From Candidatus Falkowbacteria bacterium (GTDB lineage: Bacteria; Patescibacteriota; Patescibacteriia; Patescibacteriales; GWE2-39-37): a stretch of DNA of 64,000 nt. Made by a program: the position numbers and the translations under genes. Position 1 is the stretch's first letter; the number at the start of each line of letters is the position of its first letter. The notes below the pieces were generated by a model, which saw only the letters and a program-made list of their open reading frames with translations, was not told the origin of the DNA and made no database searches. Shown piece by piece: positions 17,583 through 26,436 of this stretch. The stretch lies in NCBI GenBank assembly GCA_013336275.1, contig JAAXUA010000003.1, forward strand, positions 2,698 to 66,697, written 5' to 3'.

Positions 17583-18218
17583 TCAGTGTGCGCTGATCAA
17601 TTTGAAATAAACCGATTCGATGGCGAAGAGCTGGCGATCCATCTGGTCGTCGCCGCGATCGATCGTTTCGAGATAATTGCTCAGAAGCGCTTCGACCATC
17701 GGCTGATAGCCGAAAGGTACGTATTGGATCAGTTTGTACCTCGCGACGTTGATAGCTCCGGTAACCAGCTGGAACGCTTCGGCTTCGAATTCCAGGACTC
17801 CGTTCACCGCTTCTAGAGCGGCGGTAAAAAGGCAGTGGACCGATTCGTGGGGCGAAACCGCATTGTTGCTCATCATGATCATGATGTAGGCCAAGGCAAG
17901 GTTGCGCTCCGACGATGACAGGCAGCATTCATACCAGAAGCCGAAAGGATAGGAAAGATCGCTCTTCTCTCGCAGGAAGTCATAGATGGCTGCCAACGTA
18001 TCCTCAGGACTTCCGACCCCTCCGACCATCTCCTGATACTGTGCCAAGGCCTCCAAGTGCTCTTGCTCCAAAGGTTCGGTAAAATCGAAGCTCTCCTCTT
18101 CTTCTGCTTCGCCCTCTGATGGCGCCGGCACATCCTCAGTGAAGTAACGTTTAATCTCCTGTTCGGCGGGCAATAAATGACTGATGTAGCTGATAGCTTC
18201 GCTTGCAAAATTGGCCAT
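17583..18218 (-). CDS. hypothetical acidic protein (about 211 aa)
   Basis: The start is moved to MANFASE... because GAGGAGG lies upstream. It has its own promoter (TTTGCA-17-TAAGAT, 18257-18285, minus strand). I recognise no motif. Confidence 0.55.
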   Translation of the reverse strand: MANFASEAISYISHLLPAEQEIKRYFTEDVPAPSEGEAEEEESFDFTEPLEQEHLEALAQYQEMVGGVGSPEDTLAAIYDFLREKSDLSYPFGFWYECCLSSSERNLALAYIMIMMSNNAVSPHESVHCLFTAALEAVNGVLEFEAEAFQLVTGAINVARYKLIQYVPFGYQPMVEALLSNYLETIDRGDDQMDRQLFAIESVYFKLISAH

Positions 18219-18290
18219 GGCTCGCCTCCTCAAATAAGATAAAGACCATTTTTCATATCTTAGCAGACGCCGGCTAAAATGCAAACCAAG

Positions 18291-18316
18291 AAAAAAAGGC
18301 ATCTTTCGATGCCTTT
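18291..18316 (-). terminator. rho-independent terminator (minus strand)
   Basis: An AAAGGCATC / GATGCCTTT stem with the T-run on the minus strand. Confidence 0.7.
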
Positions 18317-18326
18317 TAGCTTGCTT

Positions 18327-18743
18327 TCAGAAGAACAAGCACATAAATATCCAGAGCAAGAGGAGGTGGAGCGTGTTATCTACAACCGTATAGACCACGC
18401 AGCCGAAGCTCAGACCGATGATCGTCGACGGCTCCACTTCGGCATACTTTTCGCCTGAGTAATAGATGGCGTACAGGTCGCGCCCGCCGATCATCCGCAG
18501 CCACTTGTCCCCGAGGCAGAAACGATCGATCGGCCAGTGGCTCAAGAATACCAGCAAGGCTACCGAAGGCCGGAAGTCCCACATCATCAGACAGACGCTG
18601 CCGGTGTAAAGCAGGCAGTGCCACAGCGACCAGGCCAATCCGATCAATCCGGGCTCGGTCTTGTTGATCGCCTGCTTTTTGCTCTGCAAAAGATAATCGC
18701 CGATCAGATGCCCTAGTATGATCCTGATGAATAAGTCTGCCAT
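18327..18743 (-). CDS. DUF3307-like membrane protein
   Basis: N-terminal ILGHLIGDYLLQS motif and 4 hydrophobic helices. It overlaps the upstream gene's end by 31 nt. Confidence 0.6.
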   Translation of the reverse strand: MADLFIRIILGHLIGDYLLQSKKQAINKTEPGLIGLAWSLWHCLLYTGSVCLMMWDFRPSVALLVFLSHWPIDRFCLGDKWLRMIGGRDLYAIYYSGEKYAEVEPSTIIGLSFGCVVYTVVDNTLHLLLLWIFMCLFF

Positions 18744-19786
18744 GACAATTCTCCTTTCATTATCGAATAGTTTAACTGCTCAGCGACCGCCGGCAGTTCC
18801 GGCAACCCGCAATCGGTCGAGATACGCGTCAGCTGCAGCCTGTTGGCAGCGGCGATCCGGATCGTTTCCCTCAAGTCGGGTATCCTCTCGATGAAGGCCG
18901 CCAACTCCGGCGTACCTCGTTTAAGGACTCGCTCGTGGTTGGTCTCGGCTCGCCCGCAACCGATATGAATGACTTTGCCGCCAACCAGACGGAACAAGGA
19001 TTTATCCGGCTGCAGTCCGTAGGGGATTTCCAGAAAAAGATTAGCGCCTTGGGGGGCGCGCTTGAGCGAATCCTTCAGAAGCTCGGTCCAGGGGCGACCG
19101 ACGGCTTCACGCAGCTCGTCCGGCTTTTCCAAGGCGACTCCGACCAAGTCTTCGGTTCCGAAATGCTCCCGTAGAAACGGTTTCAGCTCCTGGTTGAAAT
19201 CATCCGTATTGACGTGGACATTTCTTGCATCGACTGCCGACAACGACTTAAGGAAAGTCGACTTGCCGGAACCCGGACGCCCCACCACCATGAAGACGTT
19301 TTTGAGCCCGAGCGCTTTTTCCAGCAAAGCCGATATGACCAGAGGCGAAACGTGCTTCGCCAGCTCATGAAGCTCCAGAGCTGCGGCTGATCGGCGCACC
19401 AGGCTGGAAGAAGTCCCGGCCAAGCCGTCGTCGCTAAACAGATAGAAATACTTGTCGATCCCGAATTTGTCACGGTTCAGGCAAGCAACCTCCTGTTCGT
19501 GCGCCAAGTCGCTCTGGCCGCGAATGCCGCGTATCATCACGATCCGGGAAGTATCCGTGCGCAGATTCCTAAACTCCTCGATCGTCATCACGGTTACGTT
19601 TTTCGGCAGGGCGTAGGCGCTCCACAACTTTTTGGATTCTTCGGTGGTGAACCACGGATCTTTAGCGGCGTTGACCGAGCAGATTACCGTAACCTGCGGA
19701 AAGAGAGCGGCCGCCTTTCTGACGACGCCCAAGTGCCCATAGGTCGGTGGCGAAAAGGTACCGGGGTAACAATATGTCGTTTTCAT
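18713..19786 (-). CDS. coaD: phosphopantetheine adenylyltransferase (CoaD) fused to a CoaE-like P-loop kinase domain
   Basis: The start is set at MKTTYCYPGTF... because GGAGG lies 8 nt upstream. PPAT motifs are YPGTFSPPTYGHLGV, IRGIRGQSDLAHEQ and TSSSLVRR. The C-terminal half carries VVGRPGSGKSTFL, HVNTDDF, LFLEIPYGL and NHERVLKRG. Confidence 0.7.
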   Translation of the reverse strand: MKTTYCYPGTFSPPTYGHLGVVRKAAALFPQVTVICSVNAAKDPWFTTEESKKLWSAYALPKNVTVMTIEEFRNLRTDTSRIVMIRGIRGQSDLAHEQEVACLNRDKFGIDKYFYLFSDDGLAGTSSSLVRRSAAALELHELAKHVSPLVISALLEKALGLKNVFMVVGRPGSGKSTFLKSLSAVDARNVHVNTDDFNQELKPFLREHFGTEDLVGVALEKPDELREAVGRPWTELLKDSLKRAPQGANLFLEIPYGLQPDKSLFRLVGGKVIHIGCGRAETNHERVLKRGTPELAAFIERIPDLRETIRIAAANRLQLTRISTDCGLPELPAVAEQLNYSIMKGELSWQTYSSGSY

Positions 19787-19922
19787 ATCCATTTCCTCCC
19801 TCTTGATTGTAATGAGCTTTTCTTCATTATTATCCGAAACCGCAACACCCGCTTTGATTTGATGGATAAAATAATTATACCCTTGTTTTTTGACTAATTT
19901 TTGATAAAATAAACCTATAATC

Positions 19923-19940
19923 TGTCGAAATTTTTCGACA
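19923..19940. promoter_or_regulatory. perfect 18-bp palindrome (candidate operator)
   Basis: TGTCGAAA-TT-TTTCGACA lies between a TATAAT box (19916-19921) and the TrmB-like gene's ATG (19952). Confidence 0.5.
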
Positions 19941-19951
19941 ACAATAATCAT

Positions 19952-20710
19952 ATGCTATCAGAAATCAAAAAAAGCCTGGCCGAGCTAGGCTTCAATCACA
20001 ATGAAATCAAAGTCTACGTAGCGCTTACCCAGTTGGGCGAAGCACCGGCAGCACAGATCGCCAAAAAGGCCGGTCTGCCACGAACGACCGCCATCAGCAT
20101 CCTTGCGAAGCTAGCCGAAGAAAATTATCTGACCCAGCATCGCTACCGCGGCGTCACCTACTACTGGGTCGAGTCGCCCCAGGCCATTGCCAGCGCCTTC
20201 GAGACGAAAATAAAAGTCGCCAATGACCTGAACTCTCTTTTGACCGACCTTTACCGCAGCGAGACGCATTTCCCCTACGCCCAGGTCTACGACACCAAAA
20301 ACTCCATCCGCAACTTTATCGAGAAATTCATCGCCGCCCAGCCCAAGAAATCAACGATATATACTATCGATACGCCCAGTGCCGGCAACTACAGCAAGAT
20401 CTATTCGGAGCAGATCGGCTCCTCGATGCTTAGCAAAAAACAGGTGCGCGGCATATCGACCCGCACCCTGGTGCCGCACGGCAGCATAGGCACGATTAAC
20501 CCGGCCAAACTGGCGGCTCAAAAAATAGAATTGCGCGAATTGCCCAAAGAAATCGATTTCAAGGCTTCATTCTGGCTAGCGCAAAACCAGTTGGTCCACT
20601 TTTCAGGCAACCCGCCTTTTGCTGTGGTCATCAAACACCCCCTGATTGTTAAAAGCTTCGAGTCTATTTATGACTTTTTGTGGAAAACCTCTCGCCAGTC
20701 AACCCAGTGA
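19952..20710 (+). CDS. TrmB-family HTH transcriptional regulator
   Basis: The N-terminus LGFNHNEIKVYVALTQLGEAPAAQIAKKAGLPRTTAISILAKL is the TrmB-type winged helix. Confidence 0.75.
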   Translation: MLSEIKKSLAELGFNHNEIKVYVALTQLGEAPAAQIAKKAGLPRTTAISILAKLAEENYLTQHRYRGVTYYWVESPQAIASAFETKIKVANDLNSLLTDLYRSETHFPYAQVYDTKNSIRNFIEKFIAAQPKKSTIYTIDTPSAGNYSKIYSEQIGSSMLSKKQVRGISTRTLVPHGSIGTINPAKLAAQKIELRELPKEIDFKASFWLAQNQLVHFSGNPPFAVVIKHPLIVKSFESIYDFLWKTSRQSTQ

Positions 20711-20840
20711 TTTGGAGTTGACAAAAATCGTATTTTATGGAAGAATAAACTGATTTGCTCATTAAAAATCGCTATTCATAGCGAATTATTCGCATAAAGC
20801 ACTATACCATTTGAGTCAACTACCCCAAGGAGGTGGCAAA

Positions 20841-23249
20841 ATGCCCAAAAAGAAGAAAAACAGAGGCAAAAAGCAGAAAAAACAGGTCTCGCACGGCCAA
20901 TCCATGGCCCAGGCACTGGAGGAATTCCAACGCAAGCTGACGATTCCTGAGCTCTGGGAGGAGAGAAAGGAAAATTACAGGGAATCAGTCGAAGACAAGC
21001 TTTCCTTTAACTACAGGACCAAGGAACAGCTCATCATCAAAGAGGCGATGCTGCCGGCACTGACATTCTGGAAATTCATCAAGTCCCACGTCAGTGAGTA
21101 CGAACATTTCTGCTACGCTGACAACATCAACGAACGCCGAAGCTTCCTGCAGTCCTTTTTGTCCTCGGAAAACCGCTATGTCAGGCTCGTCGCCATGATC
21201 GAGCTGATGCCGATCGCCATCTGGCGCCGCATCCTGTGGCGCTCCAACATCGACTTCGTTTCCTACGAAAGCTTCTTGCGTCGCCTGCAGCCGGAACACT
21301 GGCTGGCAATCGAGTCTAACTTCGTCGATCTGTATAACGGACAGACACCCCGGATCCTCACCTCCAAGGAGGCGAGACTCCCGGAGTTCCAAGCCGAAAG
21401 CCTGTCCTCGGGCGAAGAGCGCGAACGCTGGCAGCGCCACATTTCCAAACCGGCCTGGACCAAGAACATGTTCAGCTTCGACTTCGGTTTCAACCGGTAC
21501 CCCGGAGGAGTCGACAACGACTCACCCGTCTTAAGCACGGTCGATCGACGCCGCCTGCACTCCAGCGACAACACCAAAGACTTCGTCGTCGACACCGAAT
21601 TCGGACGCTACATGAGGCTTTACCGCTCGGCACGATCGAACTACGTCGTCTTCCCGAACAAGACTGTCGAACTCAAGACGCACATCTGCCCCGGCTACTG
21701 GGCCACCATCCTGATCCATCTTATGTTCTGGATCGTCTCCCCGGCCATGACCGCCGGCCTGCTCGCCACCGCCTCGTCCAACCGTCTGCCGTGGTGGGCC
21801 AATGTCTTGCTGGCGATTCCTGCCGTCATCACGCCGCTGTGGCTATTCTGCGCTGGAGTCAAGTTTTCCTGGATCCGGTTCAATCGCTGGATCGACAACC
21901 GCGCCATCAAGTGGATCAAGTCGACAAGCATCAGCATCGAAACCTTCTGTAAGAAACACCCTCGCGGAACCGAATTGGCGGCGGGCACATTTTTCTCGCT
22001 CGCAATCGGCATTGCCGTCTTCGCCCTCTCCCAGCTTTGTCTGGGCGTCTACAATGGCGTCCTAGCAGGCGCAGCCGCCTCGGCCTACGTCGGCTACAAG
22101 ATCAGCCGTATCGGCGAAGAAAAAACGCCGATGCCGATGCACCTATTCATCCCGCTCTACACAGCTTGCCTCTACTTGGGCGGCTTGCTGGCGATCAAGT
22201 GGTCACCGTATCTGGTCAAAGGCTTGGCTTGGGTCGCAAAATACGCGGTCAAACTGTTCACCGAATGGATACCGTACGCCTGCGTCCAGATTTATGAATT
22301 CCTCTCCTGGTTGTGCATGCTAGCTGCCGGCGCCTTCATGAACTATGTCGTTCCGGCGCTCAAGTATCTCCTGATCGGCATGCTTTCCGTCGGTCTCTTC
22401 TGGCTCGTAGCACTGGTCCCGCTGGCGCTCATGGGCATACTTTATTTCGCCTATTGCCGGCTGCCGAAAGAAACGCAGACCAACCTCGACTATCTGATCG
22501 AAAAAGTCTGCTTCTACAGCATCTTCGTAATTTTCGGAGCAATGGCCCTGGGCTGTATCGTAATCTCTTTCCTGGAGGGCGGGTCGTTCTTGTCTGGCCA
22601 GACGCTGGCCGGCATCATGGTCATCGGCATCATTTCAGCTACCGCAGCTTTCTGGACCCGGATGATGGCCCAGGAAATGAATCCCGAAATCAAGCAGCTC
22701 AAAGAAGAGACCTACGCCATCCGCGGCAACATGCGGCTGAGCGGCCTCTTCAACTACCGCTACCTGGTCGAGAACCGCTGGTTCAGCCCGTTGACGCTTG
22801 AGCAGAAAACCGAGCTGGCCACCAAGATCGACCGCTTCGTCGTCAATGTCGTCCCGTCGCACCAAGAAGCTGCAGCCATCGCTTTGATCATGAGGAGTAT
22901 CAATAGCTTCGAGGCTCTGGACAAACTTGTCGCCGCCGAAGATTCCTTCCACAACCTCTACGAAGAGCACCGGTTACCGATCATCGAGATTATGCTCAAG
23001 AAATCGGTCGGCGTAAGAGAGGCTCAGGTCCTTTACCATAAGCAGCGGGAAAAATCGAAGAAGAATGCGGAACTTGGCATCATCATCGCCAAAACAGTAT
23101 TCTCTCCCATCTACTTCCCCTGCATGTTCCTGTGGTGGCTCGGCAGCAAGATCTGCACCGGCTTGCAGCACCTGCTCGACTTCCGTCGCATGGCCAAAGC
23201 TATCAGGGATTTCTGTCCCTACATCATCAAACCGGAGTATCTCGAATAA
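20841..23249 (+). CDS. large orphan polytopic membrane protein (about 802 aa)
   Basis: AAGGAGGT precedes ATG 20841. A Lys-rich N-terminus is followed by a ~290-aa soluble region, ~10 TM helices, a ~150-aa soluble region and a terminal TM helix. I recognise no motif. Confidence 0.65.
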   Translation: MPKKKKNRGKKQKKQVSHGQSMAQALEEFQRKLTIPELWEERKENYRESVEDKLSFNYRTKEQLIIKEAMLPALTFWKFIKSHVSEYEHFCYADNINERRSFLQSFLSSENRYVRLVAMIELMPIAIWRRILWRSNIDFVSYESFLRRLQPEHWLAIESNFVDLYNGQTPRILTSKEARLPEFQAESLSSGEERERWQRHISKPAWTKNMFSFDFGFNRYPGGVDNDSPVLSTVDRRRLHSSDNTKDFVVDTEFGRYMRLYRSARSNYVVFPNKTVELKTHICPGYWATILIHLMFWIVSPAMTAGLLATASSNRLPWWANVLLAIPAVITPLWLFCAGVKFSWIRFNRWIDNRAIKWIKSTSISIETFCKKHPRGTELAAGTFFSLAIGIAVFALSQLCLGVYNGVLAGAAASAYVGYKISRIGEEKTPMPMHLFIPLYTACLYLGGLLAIKWSPYLVKGLAWVAKYAVKLFTEWIPYACVQIYEFLSWLCMLAAGAFMNYVVPALKYLLIGMLSVGLFWLVALVPLALMGILYFAYCRLPKETQTNLDYLIEKVCFYSIFVIFGAMALGCIVISFLEGGSFLSGQTLAGIMVIGIISATAAFWTRMMAQEMNPEIKQLKEETYAIRGNMRLSGLFNYRYLVENRWFSPLTLEQKTELATKIDRFVVNVVPSHQEAAAIALIMRSINSFEALDKLVAAEDSFHNLYEEHRLPIIEIMLKKSVGVREAQVLYHKQREKSKKNAELGIIIAKTVFSPIYFPCMFLWWLGSKICTGLQHLLDFRRMAKAIRDFCPYIIKPEYLE

Positions 23250-23270
23250 CTGCTTTATGCGGACACCCTT

Positions 23271-23305
23271 AAAGCCCGCCGATCCTAATCGGCGGGCTTT
23301 TTTCA
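23271..23305 (+). terminator. rho-independent terminator
   Basis: An AAAGCCCGCC / GGCGGGCTTT stem is followed by a T-run. Confidence 0.85.
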
Positions 23306-23391
23306 TGGTCAAGGAATTTGATTTCCCAACCATACAAAAGACTTTTTCTTTTTTATATTGCCATAACATATTTTCCTGTTAAAATGAATTC

Positions 23392-23814
23392 ATGAAATAT
23401 ATTACTAACGACAACGAGGAGACCTTTGCTTTGGCAAAAAAAATGTCAGCTGAATTGAAGGGCGGAGACATAATCGGGCTAGTCGGAGATCTTGGCGCCG
23501 GTAAAACGGTATTCAGCCAAGGCGTGGCTGCCGGCCTCGGAGTCGAAGCACAGGTAACCAGCCCGACATTCGTAATTATGAAGATCTACGACTGTCATAA
23601 CCACCCCACTATCCGGCAGCTTTGCCATGTCGACGCCTACCGCCTTAAGGGAGCCGCCGACTTGTCCGCCCTGGGAATCGAAGATTACCTGGGGGAGAAG
23701 GCTACCCTGACGATAATCGAGTGGTCTGACCGGATTTCCGATATTTTACCCGAAGAAAGCCAGATTGTCAGGATTGAGATATTAGATGGACAAAGAAGCA
23801 TTGAAATTGGCTAG
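23392..23814 (+). CDS. tsaE: tRNA t6A37 biosynthesis ATPase TsaE
   Basis: LVGDLGAGKTVFSQG Walker A, SPTFVIM and HVDAYRL are typical of TsaE/YjeE. Confidence 0.85.
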   Translation: MKYITNDNEETFALAKKMSAELKGGDIIGLVGDLGAGKTVFSQGVAAGLGVEAQVTSPTFVIMKIYDCHNHPTIRQLCHVDAYRLKGAADLSALGIEDYLGEKATLTIIEWSDRISDILPEESQIVRIEILDGQRSIEIG

Positions 23815-23858
23815 ATATTGACAAATTATACAAAATATGCTATTGTATTAATCTACAC

Positions 23859-24791
23859 ATGAATATAGAAAAATCTTTAAGGCACCCCCTTGCCGCTGAA
23901 AACCTCCCAGAAATTGACGTCGAAGACCAGGCTGATAAGCTGCTGGCGACTTTTCCATCTGAATTACAGAGACAGTGGCGGACTTTTTTTGAAGAGAGCG
24001 AAGACCAGCAGGCCGCCTATGTGCGCATCTTGGAAATTGCGGGAAAAAGACAAAATGCCATTCAGCCAAAGAGCGAAGGCAAAACCTTCGACCTGAAACT
24101 AAGCAAGGAGGCTGCCAAAAGAAATGAAGAATGGCAAAAAGCCCTGATTGAGGATGTCGGCACCATAATTGAAAGGAATCCCGAACCTATCGGTGTCGGG
24201 CGAACCGCCAAGGTGCACAAAAGGGCGCTCAAGGACGGGTCAACCGCCAGCTACTGTCTGAAGATCATTATCAATACGAAAAAATCGGAATACTTGCGCG
24301 ACAACGATATTGGAACCGAATTCTCATTCCTTGAGAAGTTGGAATCACTAAATGTTGACGGCGCCAGGATTTCCCTGCCGTACGCCTGTATCCAAAACCA
24401 GGACAAGCATGTCTTGGTCATGGAAAACATCGACGGCGTCAGCATCCAGGACGTCTTGGATGACAAAGAAAAGTTACCAGATGGATTCGATCCTGATGTA
24501 TTTTTCACTAAGTTAGAGAACTTCATACGAAAAATGCATGAACGCAGCATCCATCATCGCGATCTACATGCCGGCAACGTCATGATTGACCGCAATACCC
24601 TCGATCCGCGCGTGATTGATTTCGGCATGGCCATAAAAATTATGGGCGATGAGGATCCCTATATCAGGCGCGATGAACGCAAGGAAAAGCTATGGGTATA
24701 TATAAACGATTTGGTGGGCCTGAAAGAGAATAAAAAATTATTGTTTGAACATTTGCATAATAAAAACCAGAAAGGAGGGCAGCCGACATGA
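23859..24791 (+). CDS. eukaryotic-like protein kinase fold protein
   Basis: G-loop IGVGRTAKVHK, Lys in YCLKII, catalytic loop HHRDLHAGNVMI and the DFG motif VIDFGMA. Confidence 0.75.
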   Translation: MNIEKSLRHPLAAENLPEIDVEDQADKLLATFPSELQRQWRTFFEESEDQQAAYVRILEIAGKRQNAIQPKSEGKTFDLKLSKEAAKRNEEWQKALIEDVGTIIERNPEPIGVGRTAKVHKRALKDGSTASYCLKIIINTKKSEYLRDNDIGTEFSFLEKLESLNVDGARISLPYACIQNQDKHVLVMENIDGVSIQDVLDDKEKLPDGFDPDVFFTKLENFIRKMHERSIHHRDLHAGNVMIDRNTLDPRVIDFGMAIKIMGDEDPYIRRDERKEKLWVYINDLVGLKENKKLLFEHLHNKNQKGGQPT

Positions 24792-24982
24792 AGACATCAG
24801 AACTGCTCAGAAACAAAGCTGCCCGCGCAGCCGGAGACATGATTGTTGAGGGGTTAACCCTCAAAAAAATCGACACCACGGATTTCTTCGTGGCTACTTC
24901 GGTGCCCGATGGGTACAGCTGCTGGGATCAATTCCAGCACAAAGACCAGACGGTTTTCATCGTCTGGGAAAAAGAGGAGTAG
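24788..24982 (+). CDS. small hypothetical protein (64 aa), translationally coupled to the kinase
   Basis: An ATGA start/stop overlap with the kinase gene. GGAGGG lies upstream. Confidence 0.45.
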   Translation: MKTSELLRNKAARAAGDMIVEGLTLKKIDTTDFFVATSVPDGYSCWDQFQHKDQTVFIVWEKEE

Positions 24983-25000
24983 CCTCCTCACAAGCCAAAA

Positions 25001-25029
25001 GCCGATCACCCAGTGGTCGGCCTTTTTTT
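25001..25029 (+). terminator. rho-independent terminator overlapping the 3' end of lspA
   Basis: A GCCGATCAC / GTGGTCGGC stem is followed by T7. Confidence 0.7.
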
Positions 25030-25458
25030 ATGGAAAAGTATTAATAGCCAGAGGACGCCGCAAAAGATCATCATATCTGCGACATTAAGGATACTGAAAT
25101 ATGCGACCTCCAGATAGTCGACGACAAAACCGTAACGCAGGCGATCGAACAAGTTGCTTATCGACCCGCCGATAATCAAAACATACGCGCTTACGAGAAA
25201 AAAATCTTGCTGCAAATAAGCCAGCCGAGCGAAGTGCGTCAGGATCAATATTATGCTTCCGACCAAAATCGGAAGCAGGTGCCCCGGGAAAGGCAAAGAA
25301 AAGGCGATGCCGAAATTCTTGCTGAAATCGAACACCAGGAGATATCCGATGATTTCCCTGCTAAAGCCAGCCATAGCTAACGACTTAAGCCAGCGGTCTG
25401 CCATAAATAAAAAGACAACAGCCAAAAATACTGCTGTTGTCTTGTATCTGATCTGCAT
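25006..25458 (-). CDS. lspA: lipoprotein signal peptidase II
   Basis: NFGIAFSL and ISNLFDRLRYGFVVDYL motifs. The start is moved to MQIRYK... to remove the overlap with the upstream gene. Confidence 0.85.
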   Translation of the reverse strand: MQIRYKTTAVFLAVVFLFMADRWLKSLAMAGFSREIIGYLLVFDFSKNFGIAFSLPFPGHLLPILVGSIILILTHFARLAYLQQDFFLVSAYVLIIGGSISNLFDRLRYGFVVDYLEVAYFSILNVADMMIFCGVLWLLILFHKKRPTTG

Positions 25459-25466
25459 AATTGTTT

Positions 25467-25820
25467 TTAGGCTCCGTTCTGCAGCTTGCTCTTGCAATCA
25501 ACGCAAGCGCTAGCCACCGGTCTGGCGATCAACCGTTTGGGATTGATGGGATTGCCGCAATACTTGCAAGTGCCATAGCTTCCGTCCTCGATCCTTTTCA
25601 GGGCATTGTCGATATCACGAAGGTTGTCGATCAAGATGCGCTCAGTTGCCAGATTGGTGGTGTAGCTATCGATTTCTTGGGCATTTTCATCAGGCTTATC
25701 GCCATATTCAGGAAAGACAGTTCCAGCCTCATCCCCGCCCAATTTGGCGAGTTCGGCCCTGATCTGTTCGCGTTCTTTCAATAAATCTTCCTTGATTGTG
25801 TTCAGTATATCTTTTTCCAT
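25467..25820 (-). CDS. DksA/TraR-family C4 zinc-finger protein
   Basis: CKYCGNPINPKRL...ACVDCK four-Cys finger preceded by a coiled-coil region. Confidence 0.8.
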   Translation of the reverse strand: MEKDILNTIKEDLLKEREQIRAELAKLGGDEAGTVFPEYGDKPDENAQEIDSYTTNLATERILIDNLRDIDNALKRIEDGSYGTCKYCGNPINPKRLIARPVASACVDCKSKLQNGA

Positions 25821-25841
25821 ATGATTGTTTTAATCACTCTT

Positions 25842-25870
25842 ATCTTACTTGATTAGTCTCAATTTGACAA
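25842..25870 (-). promoter_or_regulatory. sigma70-like promoter for the DksA/TraR-lspA unit
   Basis: Minus strand TTGTCA (25865-25870), 17 nt, TAAGAT (25842-25847). It is flanked by the 9-bp inverted repeat CTTGATTAG / CTAATCAAG (25848-25856 and 25880-25888). Confidence 0.55.
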
Positions 25871-25892
25871 GCATCTTGCCTAATCAAGCAAA

Positions 25893-25925
25893 AAAAAGAG
25901 GGGCCCAGTCGGGCCCCTCTTTGTA
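25893..25925 (-). terminator. strong rho-independent terminator (minus strand)
   Basis: An AGAGGGGCCC / GGGCCCCTCT stem is followed by T8 on the minus strand. No annotated gene ends here. Confidence 0.8.
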
Positions 25926-26238
25926 TATAACATACATTGAAATATAATAGGCCACTGAGCCCCATCCCTAAGAGATAAACGCCATTTCATCTTTCGATGA
26001 TTTAGAGTATTTCCGCTCTCAGGGCGAGCATTTCGCTTGCTTGTCAACTTCTGGCAAGCCGTGTTTTTTACCGATCTGCGGTAATAGTAATTTTATATAG
26101 TAATTATTACTACCTTTTTTCTTTTGTTTTTGTTTTGGTGCAATGTTGACTCTTGCGATAGATCAGTAGAAAACAAAGTTCTCTCTAAAATGTTTTTCAG
26201 AGAAAGCTTTCGGTGTTAAAGAACGATCATCTATAAAT

Positions 26239-26267
26239 AGTATAGCATAAATTTGACAACATGGCAA
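26239..26267 (-). promoter_or_regulatory. candidate promoter inside the ORF-free interval
   Basis: Minus strand TTGCCA (26262-26267), 17 nt, TATACT (26239-26244). Confidence 0.45.
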
Positions 26268-26436
26268 AGGGTTGGTCAAGTATATATTTCATACCTAGTC
26301 CTGACTTAATATTAGCAAAAAAATATATTTGAGTGGCAGGCTTAGTTATTTTTGTCCACAGTATCTTGGACATAAATATCATCTCCAAGAATATTTACCA
26401 ACAACTTATCCACAGATAAGTCCACGATTTAATGGA

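Noticed and set aside
26352-26425. Possible oriC. There is a perfect DnaA box TTATCCACA at 26406-26414 and a one-mismatch box TTGTCCACA at 26352-26360, in an AT-rich ORF-free region.
   Set aside because: There are only one perfect and one near-perfect box. The perfect box is embedded in the palindrome ACTTATC-CACA-GATAAGT, which explains it equally well. No dnaA or dnaN is nearby. Flanking genes on both sides are on the same (minus) strand rather than diverging. A cumulative GC-skew calculation on the whole genome would settle it.
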